Assembly: GCA_015655215.1 (NCBI GenBank)
Contig: JAATFL010000038.1
Span: 2,157 to 66,156, forward strand
Reading direction: 5' to 3'
From: Coriobacteriia bacterium
Lineage (GTDB): Bacteria > Actinomycetota > Coriobacteriia > Coriobacteriales > RUG033
Length of the DNA: 64,000 nt
The notes under the pieces are model-generated. The model had not been told where the DNA came from. It saw only the letters and a list, made by a program, of their open reading frames with translations, and did no database searches. The stretch's first letter is position 1; each line of letters opens with the position of its first letter. The position numbers and the translations under genes were made by a program. Positions 54,807 through 63,844 of this stretch are shown in pieces.

Positions 54807-56354
54807 ATGGACGAGACCCTCAACGCCCCCTCATCGCGAAGGCCGCTCGGGCTCCACCCGCAACTCCTCGGTTGCGCAGCCCTCGTCTTCTCCTTCGCCG
54901 TCTCCATCCAGGACGTCAACCCCCTGCGGCGAAGCCCGGTCGCCACGCAGAACCTCCATGCAGTCCTCCCCTACATCCTCCTCGGCATCGCCTTCGCCGG
55001 AGCCCTCGTGAACCTTCTTGCACGATGGGAGCACCCGGTGCCCAAGGGTCCCGTCGGGACCGGCCTGGGCCCGATGTCGGTGGTCGTCGTCACCATCCTC
55101 CTCGTCTCCTCGCTCGTCTTCCTCCATCAATTCGTGCCGACCGATGCCGCCATGTCCCCGTATCGGGAACTCGCCGGACTCTTCGCGGGCTTTGCGGCCG
55201 CATGGCTCAGCGCTCGTTGGGTCGACGTGTTCTCGCGCTACGATGGGGTCGAACTCATGGGGAATCTGGCCTTTTGCGGATGCATCGGCATTCCCGCCTA
55301 CGTGCTGACCACCCTCGTGCCCACGCATACGACCCAGACGGTGATGCTTGCCGCCGCCGCCCTCGCCTCTGGGGTGCTGCTCATCATCGCGCAGGATCTC
55401 CGTCCCACCGAGGGTCCCATCGCCGGGGAGGCGACTTCTCCCCGCATCGGCGCCGATGATGGGCGGTTCGTCGTGCGTCGAACGGTGGCACTCCTGTGGC
55501 GACCCCTCGCGGGCACCCTGTTCTGCATCTACATGGCCGGGCTCATCTGGGATCCGATCGTCTCCAGCTTCTCCACCGCGCAGCTGGAGCAATGGAGTTG
55601 GGGGGTCTTGATAGGGCCGCTCGTCGTGTTCGCCGGCGCCCTCGCCGTGGCATCCTCCTTCCACTCCCGCCATATCGCGTCCCTCGCCATCTCCCTTCCC
55701 ATCGCCGCGGCCATCCTCCTCATGCTCCCCCTGTTCGAGCTGTACGATTCGACGATGTTGGACATCGTCTGGGATGCCTTGCGCGAGGGGTGCTTCGCGT
55801 TCTTCTTCCTCACCTCCGCCATCGCCGTCGCCGAGGCCACGCATGCCACGGGAGGGCGAGGTGTGACCGGAGTGGTACTCGTGCTCGCCGCCGCGGCCTT
55901 CCTCGTCGGAGACCTCGTGGTGGAGAGCGTGGGTACCGGAGCCCGTTCGGTCTCGATCGTTCTCCTCACCATCTACCTCGTCGCGCTGTGCTGGGGCATG
56001 GCGATGCAAATGGGTCGAGCCCCAGCCCTCCCCCCGGCACCGCGGGGAAGGGCTCTGCCCGAGGCCCTGCTCGCATCGCTGAGCCGCCGATGCGATGAGT
56101 TGGCGCACATCTCGCACCTCTCGCCACGTGAGGCCGAGGTGCTCGTGCTGCTGGCAGGAGGGCACACGCAGGCGTTTGTCGCCGACCAACTCCAGATATC
56201 GAGGAACACCGTGCATACGCACACGAAGAACATCTATGCCAAGATGGGCGTGGACTCACGCGAGGATCTCCTCTCGCTTGTCGAGTCCGACACGTCAGGT
56301 AGCACGTCGAGCTCGCCCGACGTTATCGGGCAGTCACCCAACCGTCCCACGTGA
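54807..56354 (+). CDS. LuxR-family regulator with polytopic membrane domain
   Basis: About 10 TM helices, then LSPREAEVLVLLAGGHTQAFVADQLQISRNTVHTHTKNIYAKMGVDSREDLLSLV. GGGGAGG RBS. Confidence 0.8.
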   Translation: MDETLNAPSSRRPLGLHPQLLGCAALVFSFAVSIQDVNPLRRSPVATQNLHAVLPYILLGIAFAGALVNLLARWEHPVPKGPVGTGLGPMSVVVVTILLVSSLVFLHQFVPTDAAMSPYRELAGLFAGFAAAWLSARWVDVFSRYDGVELMGNLAFCGCIGIPAYVLTTLVPTHTTQTVMLAAAALASGVLLIIAQDLRPTEGPIAGEATSPRIGADDGRFVVRRTVALLWRPLAGTLFCIYMAGLIWDPIVSSFSTAQLEQWSWGVLIGPLVVFAGALAVASSFHSRHIASLAISLPIAAAILLMLPLFELYDSTMLDIVWDALREGCFAFFFLTSAIAVAEATHATGGRGVTGVVLVLAAAAFLVGDLVVESVGTGARSVSIVLLTIYLVALCWGMAMQMGRAPALPPAPRGRALPEALLASLSRRCDELAHISHLSPREAEVLVLLAGGHTQAFVADQLQISRNTVHTHTKNIYAKMGVDSREDLLSLVESDTSGSTSSSPDVIGQSPNRPT

Positions 56355-56393
56355 AGGGGTATACTTTCCTCTTAACCGTCGAAAGAAGAAAGC

Positions 56394-58145
56394 TTGGAGC
56401 GCCAGCTCATCCTCAACCGCTATCGCCCCCTCGCCGTATCTGGCGAGGGAGGGTCGGGTATCGTCGAACTTGCCTGGGACACGCGCATCCAGCGACGCGT
56501 CGCCATCAAGCGCCTACCTTTGGGCGAGGACCGCAGCCTCGCGGAGGAGGGCCTCTCCGAGGCGCGCACGGCTGCCATGCTCTCGCACCCCTCCATCGTG
56601 CAGGTACTCGACTTCGAGACCGATGCCGATGGGGCCCTGCTCATCATGGAGAGCGTCGACGGCGAGTCGCTTGCAGCGCTGCTCGACGAGAACGGTCCCC
56701 TCTCCATCGACGCCGTGGCCGCCGTGGCACGCGCCGTGGCCGACGCGCTCTCATACGCGCACGAGAACCAGGTGCTGCACCTCGACATCAAACCCGAGAA
56801 CATCCTCATCAGTCGCACCGGCATCGTGAAGGTGGCCGATTTCGGGCTCGCATCGCTTTCCACCCTTGAGGGTTTTGCCCAGGCGCGCGGAGGCACCATC
56901 GGCTATATGCCCCCGGAGCAGATCGACGGCGGCATCGTCGACCAGCGCACCGACGAGTGGGCCTTCGCCTCCGTGGTCTACGAGATGCTCACCCGGGAGA
57001 ACCCCTTCCTCGCGGCCAACCTCAAGCGCGCCCGCGTACTGGCCGAGACCGGGGACGTCATACCACCCTCTCAGACTCGCCTCGACGTCGACCCTGGCAT
57101 CGATGCCGTGCTGCTCGACGCGCTCTCGCCCGACCCCGACATCCGCCCCGGCACCGTGGACTCGTTCTGGGAGCACCTCGAGCCCTTCCTCGGCTCCGCA
57201 AAGCGAGGACGACGCGAGTTGCGCGAGTTGACCGATCCCGTCGACGAGCTTCCCGCCAACCCACCGGACACCTTCCCCGACGGATTCGGCATCGGGGTAT
57301 GGGATCGCATCCCCGATCGCATGCTCGTCGTCGGAACCCGTGCCGTGACCGGCATCGGATGCGCCTGGCTCTCGTGGGTTGGCATGTCCGCCGCCTCCCT
57401 CGACGCCATGCCCCTGGGGATCATCGTGCTCGCCGTCGCCATCGCCGCCGTGTTCGCGCCAACGCTGGGAAGCGCACTCGCGCTGATCGCCCTGGGTGTG
57501 GGCACCATCATCTCGGGCCTGCCGCTTGCCGGTGCCGCCATCATCGCGGTCAGTGCGCTTTGGTGGCTGCTCTTTGGACGGAGGGACCCCGAGGCCGCGG
57601 CCTTTCTCGTCATCGCCCCCGTGCTGGGCATCGTGCATCTCTCGTGTCTTCTACCCCTGCTGGCCGGCTTCTGCCTGCCGTGGCGACGTGCCATACCCAC
57701 GGCGGCGTTCGGGTCGCTCGCCGTCCTCGCCGCCGCCTCGCTCACCGGCTCCGAGATGCTCTACGCCTGCGGGCCGGCGTATGTGGGGGCCCAGGGCGGC
57801 TCCACGCTCATCGCACCCTTCATGGTCCTTGTCGGTCACCCCGGCACCTGGGTCGTCATCGGCGCATGGGTCCTGGCTGCCGCGCTCATGTCGGCGCTCT
57901 GCCAGTATGCCACCCGCCTTCTTGCAGCCTTGGGCCTTCTGGGTGCCGGTGGCGTCATGGTGCTCGGTCAGCTTTCCGCCCAACGCGTGGCGAGCGGCGG
58001 CGTTTGGAGCTTGCCCCATCTCGCGCCGACGATATCGCTTGCAGTGTCATTTATACTGTTGGCAGTCCTAATCGCATTGGGTGCGCCCCGACGCGCCCAG
58101 GCCGAGGCGTCCTCGACGGACCCCGACCCCTATCAGGCAAGGTGA
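56394..58145 (+). CDS. Ser/Thr protein kinase fused to a polytopic C-terminal membrane domain
   Basis: GEGGSGIVELAWD...VAIKRL...VLHLDIKPENILI...VADFGLAS...GTIGYMPPE Hanks-type catalytic motifs, followed by about 8 hydrophobic helices (residues ~310-570). TTG start. Confidence 0.85.
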   Translation: MERQLILNRYRPLAVSGEGGSGIVELAWDTRIQRRVAIKRLPLGEDRSLAEEGLSEARTAAMLSHPSIVQVLDFETDADGALLIMESVDGESLAALLDENGPLSIDAVAAVARAVADALSYAHENQVLHLDIKPENILISRTGIVKVADFGLASLSTLEGFAQARGGTIGYMPPEQIDGGIVDQRTDEWAFASVVYEMLTRENPFLAANLKRARVLAETGDVIPPSQTRLDVDPGIDAVLLDALSPDPDIRPGTVDSFWEHLEPFLGSAKRGRRELRELTDPVDELPANPPDTFPDGFGIGVWDRIPDRMLVVGTRAVTGIGCAWLSWVGMSAASLDAMPLGIIVLAVAIAAVFAPTLGSALALIALGVGTIISGLPLAGAAIIAVSALWWLLFGRRDPEAAAFLVIAPVLGIVHLSCLLPLLAGFCLPWRRAIPTAAFGSLAVLAAASLTGSEMLYACGPAYVGAQGGSTLIAPFMVLVGHPGTWVVIGAWVLAAALMSALCQYATRLLAALGLLGAGGVMVLGQLSAQRVASGGVWSLPHLAPTISLAVSFILLAVLIALGAPRRAQAEASSTDPDPYQAR

Positions 58146-58159
58146 GCACCGTGGGATTC

Positions 58160-59155
58160 ATGTCCAATCTCGAGGGTCATATGGAAGATGCGTTCGAGGG
58201 CAACGCCGCCGCGGTCTTTCGCGCATCGATCAGCCCCGTGCAGATAACGAAGCGCGCGGGAAAGGAGATGCGCCGCAACCGGCTCGTCGGGGCAGGACGT
58301 CAATATGCCCCCACCCTCTACAACGTGCTGGTGAACCGGACCGATGACTCGAAGCTCAACGGATACTACCCCACGCTCGCCCGAGAGATCGAGACGTACA
58401 TCACCGGCAAGGCCGAGGAGGCCAACCTCACGCTCGACGGCGCCCCACTCGTGCGCTTCATCGTCGATGACAACCTGCGCAAGGGCAAGTTCGACGTCAT
58501 CGCCGAGAACGTTGCCGCACCCATCATCGGCAAACTGCGCGATGAGGAGATGCGGCGCTACGGGCTTCTCGCCGAGGAGCCCGCGGAAATGGTCGCGGAC
58601 TATCCGGCGGCGAGCGCTCCCGGGGGCGCTGCGTATCCACCGGCCTCCGGACAGCCCATTGCCTCGCAGGCGGGAAGGTATGCGGCCAACGAATACCCGC
58701 CAGGGTCCCCCGTGGCCGATTCGGCGGTGCCCATGGCACGCGACGACCAGCCGTACGGCAGCTATGCCGATGGGCCGTTCCCGATGGCCGCCGACCAGAG
58801 CTACCCTTCCTACACCGGCGGCAGCCCCACGACCACCGACTTCACGGTGCCACCGCTCACGAAGCGCGACGCCGTGGGGGCAAAGCTCATCGACACCGTC
58901 GACGGCAAGCAGTACAAGCTGACCCCGCCTCTCACCGTCGTGGGCCGTGGATCGGAGGCGGGAATCGTCATCAAGGATGTGAACATCTCGCGCCGCCATG
59001 CCAGCTTTAACCTTACGGACGGTCGCTGGAGCATCAAGGACCTCAATTCGACCAATGGCACGTTCGTCAACAACCGCAGGGTCAACACCGAGGCGCTCCA
59101 CGGTGGCGATGTCCTCACCTTAGGGATCACCAAGCTCGAGTTCCTGGAGGATTAG
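58160..59155 (+). CDS. fhaA: FhaA-type protein (DUF3662 N-terminal domain + C-terminal FHA domain)
   Basis: MSNLEGHMEDAFEGNAAAVFRASISPVQITKRAGKEM..., a Pro/Tyr-rich linker, then VVGRGSEAGIVIKDVNISRRHASFNLTDGRWSIKDLNSTNGTFVNN. This is only the 3' third of ORF 56957-59155. GTG 58151 is an alternative start. Confidence 0.85.
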   Translation: MSNLEGHMEDAFEGNAAAVFRASISPVQITKRAGKEMRRNRLVGAGRQYAPTLYNVLVNRTDDSKLNGYYPTLAREIETYITGKAEEANLTLDGAPLVRFIVDDNLRKGKFDVIAENVAAPIIGKLRDEEMRRYGLLAEEPAEMVADYPAASAPGGAAYPPASGQPIASQAGRYAANEYPPGSPVADSAVPMARDDQPYGSYADGPFPMAADQSYPSYTGGSPTTTDFTVPPLTKRDAVGAKLIDTVDGKQYKLTPPLTVVGRGSEAGIVIKDVNISRRHASFNLTDGRWSIKDLNSTNGTFVNNRRVNTEALHGGDVLTLGITKLEFLED

Positions 59156-59156
59156 C

Positions 59157-59570
59157 GTGATCGACATCATCTTGCTCGCCGGGCGCCTGCTGCTTGTCGC
59201 ATTGCTGTACCTCTTCCTCTTCGTCGCGATCAAGACGGGAGTCGGACTGGTGAAGGGACAACGCGCGGCGCGGAGGGCATGGACGATCGAGGTGGTCCAA
59301 GGACCCCGGGAGCTGGAGGATGTCAAGCTGCGCGTGACCAAGCCGCTCATCGTCGGACGTCATCCGGATGCCGACATCGTCATAGGAGCCGGGTATGTTT
59401 CCGGCCATCATGCGCGCTTCTCTCCCATCGGCTCGAACCTTGAGGTTGAAGATCTGGGATCGACCAACGGCACGCTCCTCAACGACCGGCCCATCACGAG
59501 CGCCGCGGGCCTCCACGTCAATGACATCGTCACCATCGGCGACGTCGCCATCAAGGTAGGACGTGAATAG
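59157..59570 (+). CDS. fhaB: FhaB/FipA-type membrane-anchored FHA-domain protein
   Basis: N-terminal TM helix (IILLAGRLLLVALLYLFLFVAI), then IVGRHPDADIVIGAGYVSGHHARFSPIGSNLEVEDLGSTNGTLLN. Confidence 0.85.
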   Translation: MIDIILLAGRLLLVALLYLFLFVAIKTGVGLVKGQRAARRAWTIEVVQGPRELEDVKLRVTKPLIVGRHPDADIVIGAGYVSGHHARFSPIGSNLEVEDLGSTNGTLLNDRPITSAAGLHVNDIVTIGDVAIKVGRE

Positions 59571-59571
59571 C

Positions 59572-60792
59572 ATGACCGAGATCATCTCGCCCAAAATGGC
59601 CGCCTCTCGGAACGGGATGCCCATCCCATCCTTTGGCGCCGGCACCAACATCGGACTCGTGCGCGAGCAGAACGAGGACTCTCTCATCGCGATGCCACCC
59701 CTCTTCGCCCTATGCGATGGGATGGGTGGCCACGAGGCTGGCGAGGTGGCGAGCGGCATCGCCGTCAAGTCCCTGCTCGACGAGGCCCCCATCCACGCCG
59801 ACGGCAAGGCGCTCGGACGCGCGGTCATCGCCGCGAATCGAGCCGTGCTCGCAGGGGCAGAGCAGGAGAAGGGCCGTCCCGGCATGGGGACCACCTGCAC
59901 CGCCGCCATCGTGGAAGGCGACCACCTTGTCGTCGCGCAGGTCGGCGATTCGCGTGCCTACCTCCTCCACGAAGGATCCCTGCAGCAGATCACCCGCGAC
60001 CACTCGCTCGTCGCCGACCTCGTCGATGCGGGTCGCATCACGGAAGACGAGGCGCGCGTGCATCCCCAGCGCTCCATCATCACCCGCGCGTTGGGCAACG
60101 ACCCCGACATGGTCCCGGACATCTACGAGCTTGCCGTCGAGCCGGGCGACCGCCTCATGCTTTGCTCCGATGGCCTGTACGGCATGGTGGTGGATCCGGT
60201 CATCGAGAAGGTCACCAAGGAGACTCCCGATCCGTCCGAATGCGTTGACGAGCTCATCAAGGCCGCCCTCGACGCAGGAGGTGCCGACAACGTCAGCGTC
60301 ATCGTCGTCGACATCTCCTCGTCCGATGAGGGCAAGGGAGGGGGCCAGACCGCAGATGCCACTTCCGGTGCCAACACCAAGCGTCGACGCAAGCGCATCA
60401 TCGGGTTCGTCATCGCCTTCATCCTCGTCGTGGGTGGCGTCGTGGGCGGCACCTACGCTTACGCGCAGCACAGCGCCTACCTCATCGACCAGAACGGCTA
60501 CGTCACCGTGTACCGTGGCCTCAGGGGGCACATCGGCGAGTTGAGCTTCTCGTGGTACGAGAAGACCACCGACATCAAGGTGAGCGACCTCAGCGCGAGC
60601 GTCGCCTCTCGCCTCGCGTCGGGAATCCAGGTGGACTCGGTCGCCAGTGCCGACGAGCTGCTCACCTCCTATCGTCAGCAGGTCTTCGATTCCCAATCGT
60701 CCACGGCAGGGGCACCCTCCAACACCACCGTCAATGCGAACAACCCCATCGCCAACTCGTCGGGCGACGCCGCCTCCACGGAGGGCGCGTGA
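59572..60792 (+). CDS. PP2C-family Ser/Thr phosphatase (PstP/Stp-like) with C-terminal TM anchor
   Basis: GLVREQNEDS...ALCDGMGGHEAGEVAS...GMGTTCTAA...VGDSRAYL...LCSDGL...GGADNVSVIVVD, then a TM helix and an extracellular tail. GTG 59563 is an alternative start. Confidence 0.9.
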   Translation: MTEIISPKMAASRNGMPIPSFGAGTNIGLVREQNEDSLIAMPPLFALCDGMGGHEAGEVASGIAVKSLLDEAPIHADGKALGRAVIAANRAVLAGAEQEKGRPGMGTTCTAAIVEGDHLVVAQVGDSRAYLLHEGSLQQITRDHSLVADLVDAGRITEDEARVHPQRSIITRALGNDPDMVPDIYELAVEPGDRLMLCSDGLYGMVVDPVIEKVTKETPDPSECVDELIKAALDAGGADNVSVIVVDISSSDEGKGGGQTADATSGANTKRRRKRIIGFVIAFILVVGGVVGGTYAYAQHSAYLIDQNGYVTVYRGLRGHIGELSFSWYEKTTDIKVSDLSASVASRLASGIQVDSVASADELLTSYRQQVFDSQSSTAGAPSNTTVNANNPIANSSGDAASTEGA

Positions 60793-63566
60793 TGCCGCGC
60801 GACGCACCCAAAGTCAAGACGTTCCTCAGCAACCGGCGCAACACCGAGCTGCTGCTGCTCATCGCCGCCACACCCATCGTGCTCCTGCTCTTCATCATGG
60901 ACCTCGTCAACCAGGGCACGGCCCTCTCGTTCAGCACGCTCATCGTACCCATAGGGTTGGTCATCGCCTTCGGCATCTCGCATATCGCGGTGCGGATATT
61001 CGCCCCAAACGCCGATGCGGTCATCCTGCCCATCGTGTTCCTGCTTGCCGGCATCGGCATAACCTTCGTCATGCGCCTCTCCCCCGACCTGGCAGTGAGG
61101 CAGGTCATGTGGCTCTTCCTCGCCATCGCGTTCATGGTGGCCGTCCTCGTCGTGGTCAAGCGCCTCGACGTGTTCTCGCACTACAAGTACATCATCGGCC
61201 TTGCCGGCCTCATCCTGCTCCTCCTGCCCGCCTTGGTGGGCACCTCGCAATACGGGTCCAAGATATGGCTCTCCTTCGGCGGTTTCTCCATCCAGCCGGG
61301 CGAGTTCGCGAAAATCCTCATCGTGCTGTTCCTCGCATCCTATCTCTCCGAGAACCGCGAGCTGCTCACGGTGGGACAGGGGCGCTTCAACCTCCCGAGC
61401 CTCTCCACCCTGCTCCCCATGCTCGTCATGTGGGGAATCGCCATCATCATCATGGTCGCCGAGAACGACCTGGGAAGTGCCCTGCTCTTCTTCGGTCTGT
61501 TCACCATCATGCTCTATGGCGCCACGGGTCGGAAGTTCTACGTGTTCGTCGCCATCGCCCTCATCGGCATCGCGGCAGTTGGCGCCTACTTCACCTTCTC
61601 CCACGTGCAGGTCCGCTTCCAGATCTGGCTGAACCCCTTCGAATATGCGCAGACCTCGGGCTACCAGCTCGTGCAGGCCATCTACTCCATGGCCGACGGT
61701 GGCCTTGTGGGATGCGGCATCGGCCGAGGCTTTCCCACCCTCATCCCCGTCGTGGCCTCCGACTTCATCTTCGCGGCGATCGCCGAGGAGATGGGTCTGC
61801 TGGGCGCCGCCGGCGTGCTGATCGCCTTCCTCGTCTTCACCGTGCGCGGCTATGTCACCTCTGCCCGGGCGACCAATGACTTCACGGCGCTCGCCGCGCT
61901 CGGCCTCACCAGCGCCATCGCACTCCAGGCGTTCGTCATCGTGGGGGGGATCACCCGGGTCATACCCCTCACCGGGCTCACGCTGCCCTTCATGAGCCAG
62001 GGCGGCACCTCCCTTCTCGCCAGCTTCATCATCGTCGGGCTGCTTCTCCGTGCGGGCGATGAGGGCGTTCGTCCAGGTAGCGAGCTCGAGCTCGCGCATT
62101 CGTTTTCCGGTGACAAGCTCGGGCGCAGCGCGCTGGGCCATCGTCTCACCGTGCTGATGGTGGGGTTCGCCCTCCTCTTCTCTATCCTCATCGCCGCACT
62201 CACCTACATCCAGGTCATCCGAGCCGACTACTATCAGAGCCTCTCCAGCAACAACCATACGATCGCCCGGGACGCGCAGAAGCAGCGTGGGTCCATCCTC
62301 ACCTCGGACAACGTGATCCTCGCCGAATCGGTGGAGAACTCCGACGGCACGTACTCGCGCGTGTACCCCGAGGGTTCGCTCGCCGCCCACGTGCTGGGAT
62401 ACACCAGCACGCAGTACGGCTCGACAGGCGTCGAGGCGTCGATGGAGAGTCAGCTCGTGGGCACCAGCGGCTACACCACCTGGAGCGATGCGATCAACTC
62501 CCTTGCCGGCACCCCCACCGCCGGCAACGACGTGACGCTCACCATCAACTCCAAGATACAGACCGTCGCCGAGCAGCAGCTCGAGGGCTATACCGGGGCG
62601 ATCGTCGTGATGAATCCTGAGACCGGTGCGGTTCTGGCCGAAGCCAGCTCGCCCACCTATGACGTATCGCAGGTGGATTCCATCCTGAGCGGTTCATCAT
62701 CCTCCGGAGCGCTCTACAACCGGGCGACCCAGGCGCTCTACGCCCCCGGCTCCTCCTTCAAGGTGGTGACCCTCGCCTCGGCGCTCACCAACGGGACCGT
62801 CACCGCGGACACCTCGTTCTCAGCACCCGCGAGCATCGATATAGGTGGGGCCGCGGTCACGAACTTCAACAGCGAGTCCTGGTCCACGCTCACCGTACGC
62901 GAGGCAACGTGGTACTCTGCCAACACCGTCTACGGTCAGATCGCCGACAAACTCGGTGCCAGTGCCCTCGTCTCGACCGCCAAGGCCTTCGGGTTCGAGG
63001 ATTCCTCCATCGCCCAGGACTTCTCGCTTACCACATCCCTCATGCCCGATGCCTCGGAGATGACCGAATGGGAGACGGCATGGGCTGGTGACGGGCAGCC
63101 CGTCGGACAGCACACGAGTCCTTCCGGACCGCAGGCGACCGTCATGCAGATGGCTCTGGTCGCAAGTGCCGTCGCCAACGACGGGGTGCTCGTGCACCCG
63201 TATCTGGTGCAAAGCGTTTCAAGCCCGGCGGGCGAGTTGATCTCGACCACCCAGACGGAGGTCTACGGTACCGTGATGTCTTCGACCGTCGCCTCCGAGA
63301 TACGCGACATCCTCACCGGCGTCGTCACCAACGGAACCGGCACGCTCGCGGCAGTGGATGGCACGACGGTTGCCGGTAAGACCGGCACAGCCGAGACGTC
63401 CTCCACGTCGTACGATGCGTGGTTCATCGGCATGGCCCCAGCCGATGACCCCAAGGTCGTCGTCGCCGTCATCATCGAGGACGCCGGTAGCGATGCGAGC
63501 ACCGCGGCAGCACCCCTGGCCGGAGCCTGCATCCAGGAGGCGCTGCAGGAAGAGGGTCTGCTATGA
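60792..63566 (+). CDS. single-ORF fusion of a SEDS glycosyltransferase (RodA/FtsW) and a class B penicillin-binding protein (PbpA-like transpeptidase)
   Basis: ATG 60792 overlaps the PP2C stop. Residues 1 to ~420 are FtsW/RodA-like (SIQPGEFAKILIVLFLASYL...GLTLPFMSQGGTSLLASFIIVGLLL). The frame continues without a stop through a new TM (LTVLMVGFALLFSILIAALTY). It then runs into a PBP dimerisation and transpeptidase domain (APGSSFKV, SANT, KTGTAE). Confidence 0.8.
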   Translation: MPRDAPKVKTFLSNRRNTELLLLIAATPIVLLLFIMDLVNQGTALSFSTLIVPIGLVIAFGISHIAVRIFAPNADAVILPIVFLLAGIGITFVMRLSPDLAVRQVMWLFLAIAFMVAVLVVVKRLDVFSHYKYIIGLAGLILLLLPALVGTSQYGSKIWLSFGGFSIQPGEFAKILIVLFLASYLSENRELLTVGQGRFNLPSLSTLLPMLVMWGIAIIIMVAENDLGSALLFFGLFTIMLYGATGRKFYVFVAIALIGIAAVGAYFTFSHVQVRFQIWLNPFEYAQTSGYQLVQAIYSMADGGLVGCGIGRGFPTLIPVVASDFIFAAIAEEMGLLGAAGVLIAFLVFTVRGYVTSARATNDFTALAALGLTSAIALQAFVIVGGITRVIPLTGLTLPFMSQGGTSLLASFIIVGLLLRAGDEGVRPGSELELAHSFSGDKLGRSALGHRLTVLMVGFALLFSILIAALTYIQVIRADYYQSLSSNNHTIARDAQKQRGSILTSDNVILAESVENSDGTYSRVYPEGSLAAHVLGYTSTQYGSTGVEASMESQLVGTSGYTTWSDAINSLAGTPTAGNDVTLTINSKIQTVAEQQLEGYTGAIVVMNPETGAVLAEASSPTYDVSQVDSILSGSSSSGALYNRATQALYAPGSSFKVVTLASALTNGTVTADTSFSAPASIDIGGAAVTNFNSESWSTLTVREATWYSANTVYGQIADKLGASALVSTAKAFGFEDSSIAQDFSLTTSLMPDASEMTEWETAWAGDGQPVGQHTSPSGPQATVMQMALVASAVANDGVLVHPYLVQSVSSPAGELISTTQTEVYGTVMSSTVASEIRDILTGVVTNGTGTLAAVDGTTVAGKTGTAETSSTSYDAWFIGMAPADDPKVVVAVIIEDAGSDASTAAAPLAGACIQEALQEEGLL

Positions 63567-63844
63567 CGACGGAGGATGATCGTGGCAAGGGCACGAGAGT
63601 GAGACCAGGTCCCGCTCGATATCTCCCCGCCACGACGTATCATAGAGGGGTTCTGCAGAGAATCCTCCTTGGGTTTCAACACGAAGGAAACGTCTTGTCG
63701 CAGGAACCCGGTTTCATCCGCAAAGCACCACAGAACGGCAGTCAGAGGAGCAACCGAGCGGCATCAGTACGCTAGAATGAAGGATGTCGGCCGCGGTGGG
63801 TACGGCGTCGATTGTTCCATGAGGGTCCAGAGTAGGGAGAAGAT

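Noticed and set aside
56957-58159. 5' two-thirds of the 732-aa ORF 56957-59155
   Set aside because: It overlaps the kinase gene in another frame and is Arg/Pro-rich. Only the part from about 58151/58160 onwards (FhaA: DUF3662 + FHA) looks like protein.
63563-63775. 70-aa ORF overlapping the pbp stop, and 71-aa ORF 63669-63884
   Set aside because: No RBS, Arg/Gly-rich composition and no family resemblance. The region is treated as a non-coding spacer upstream of pknB.
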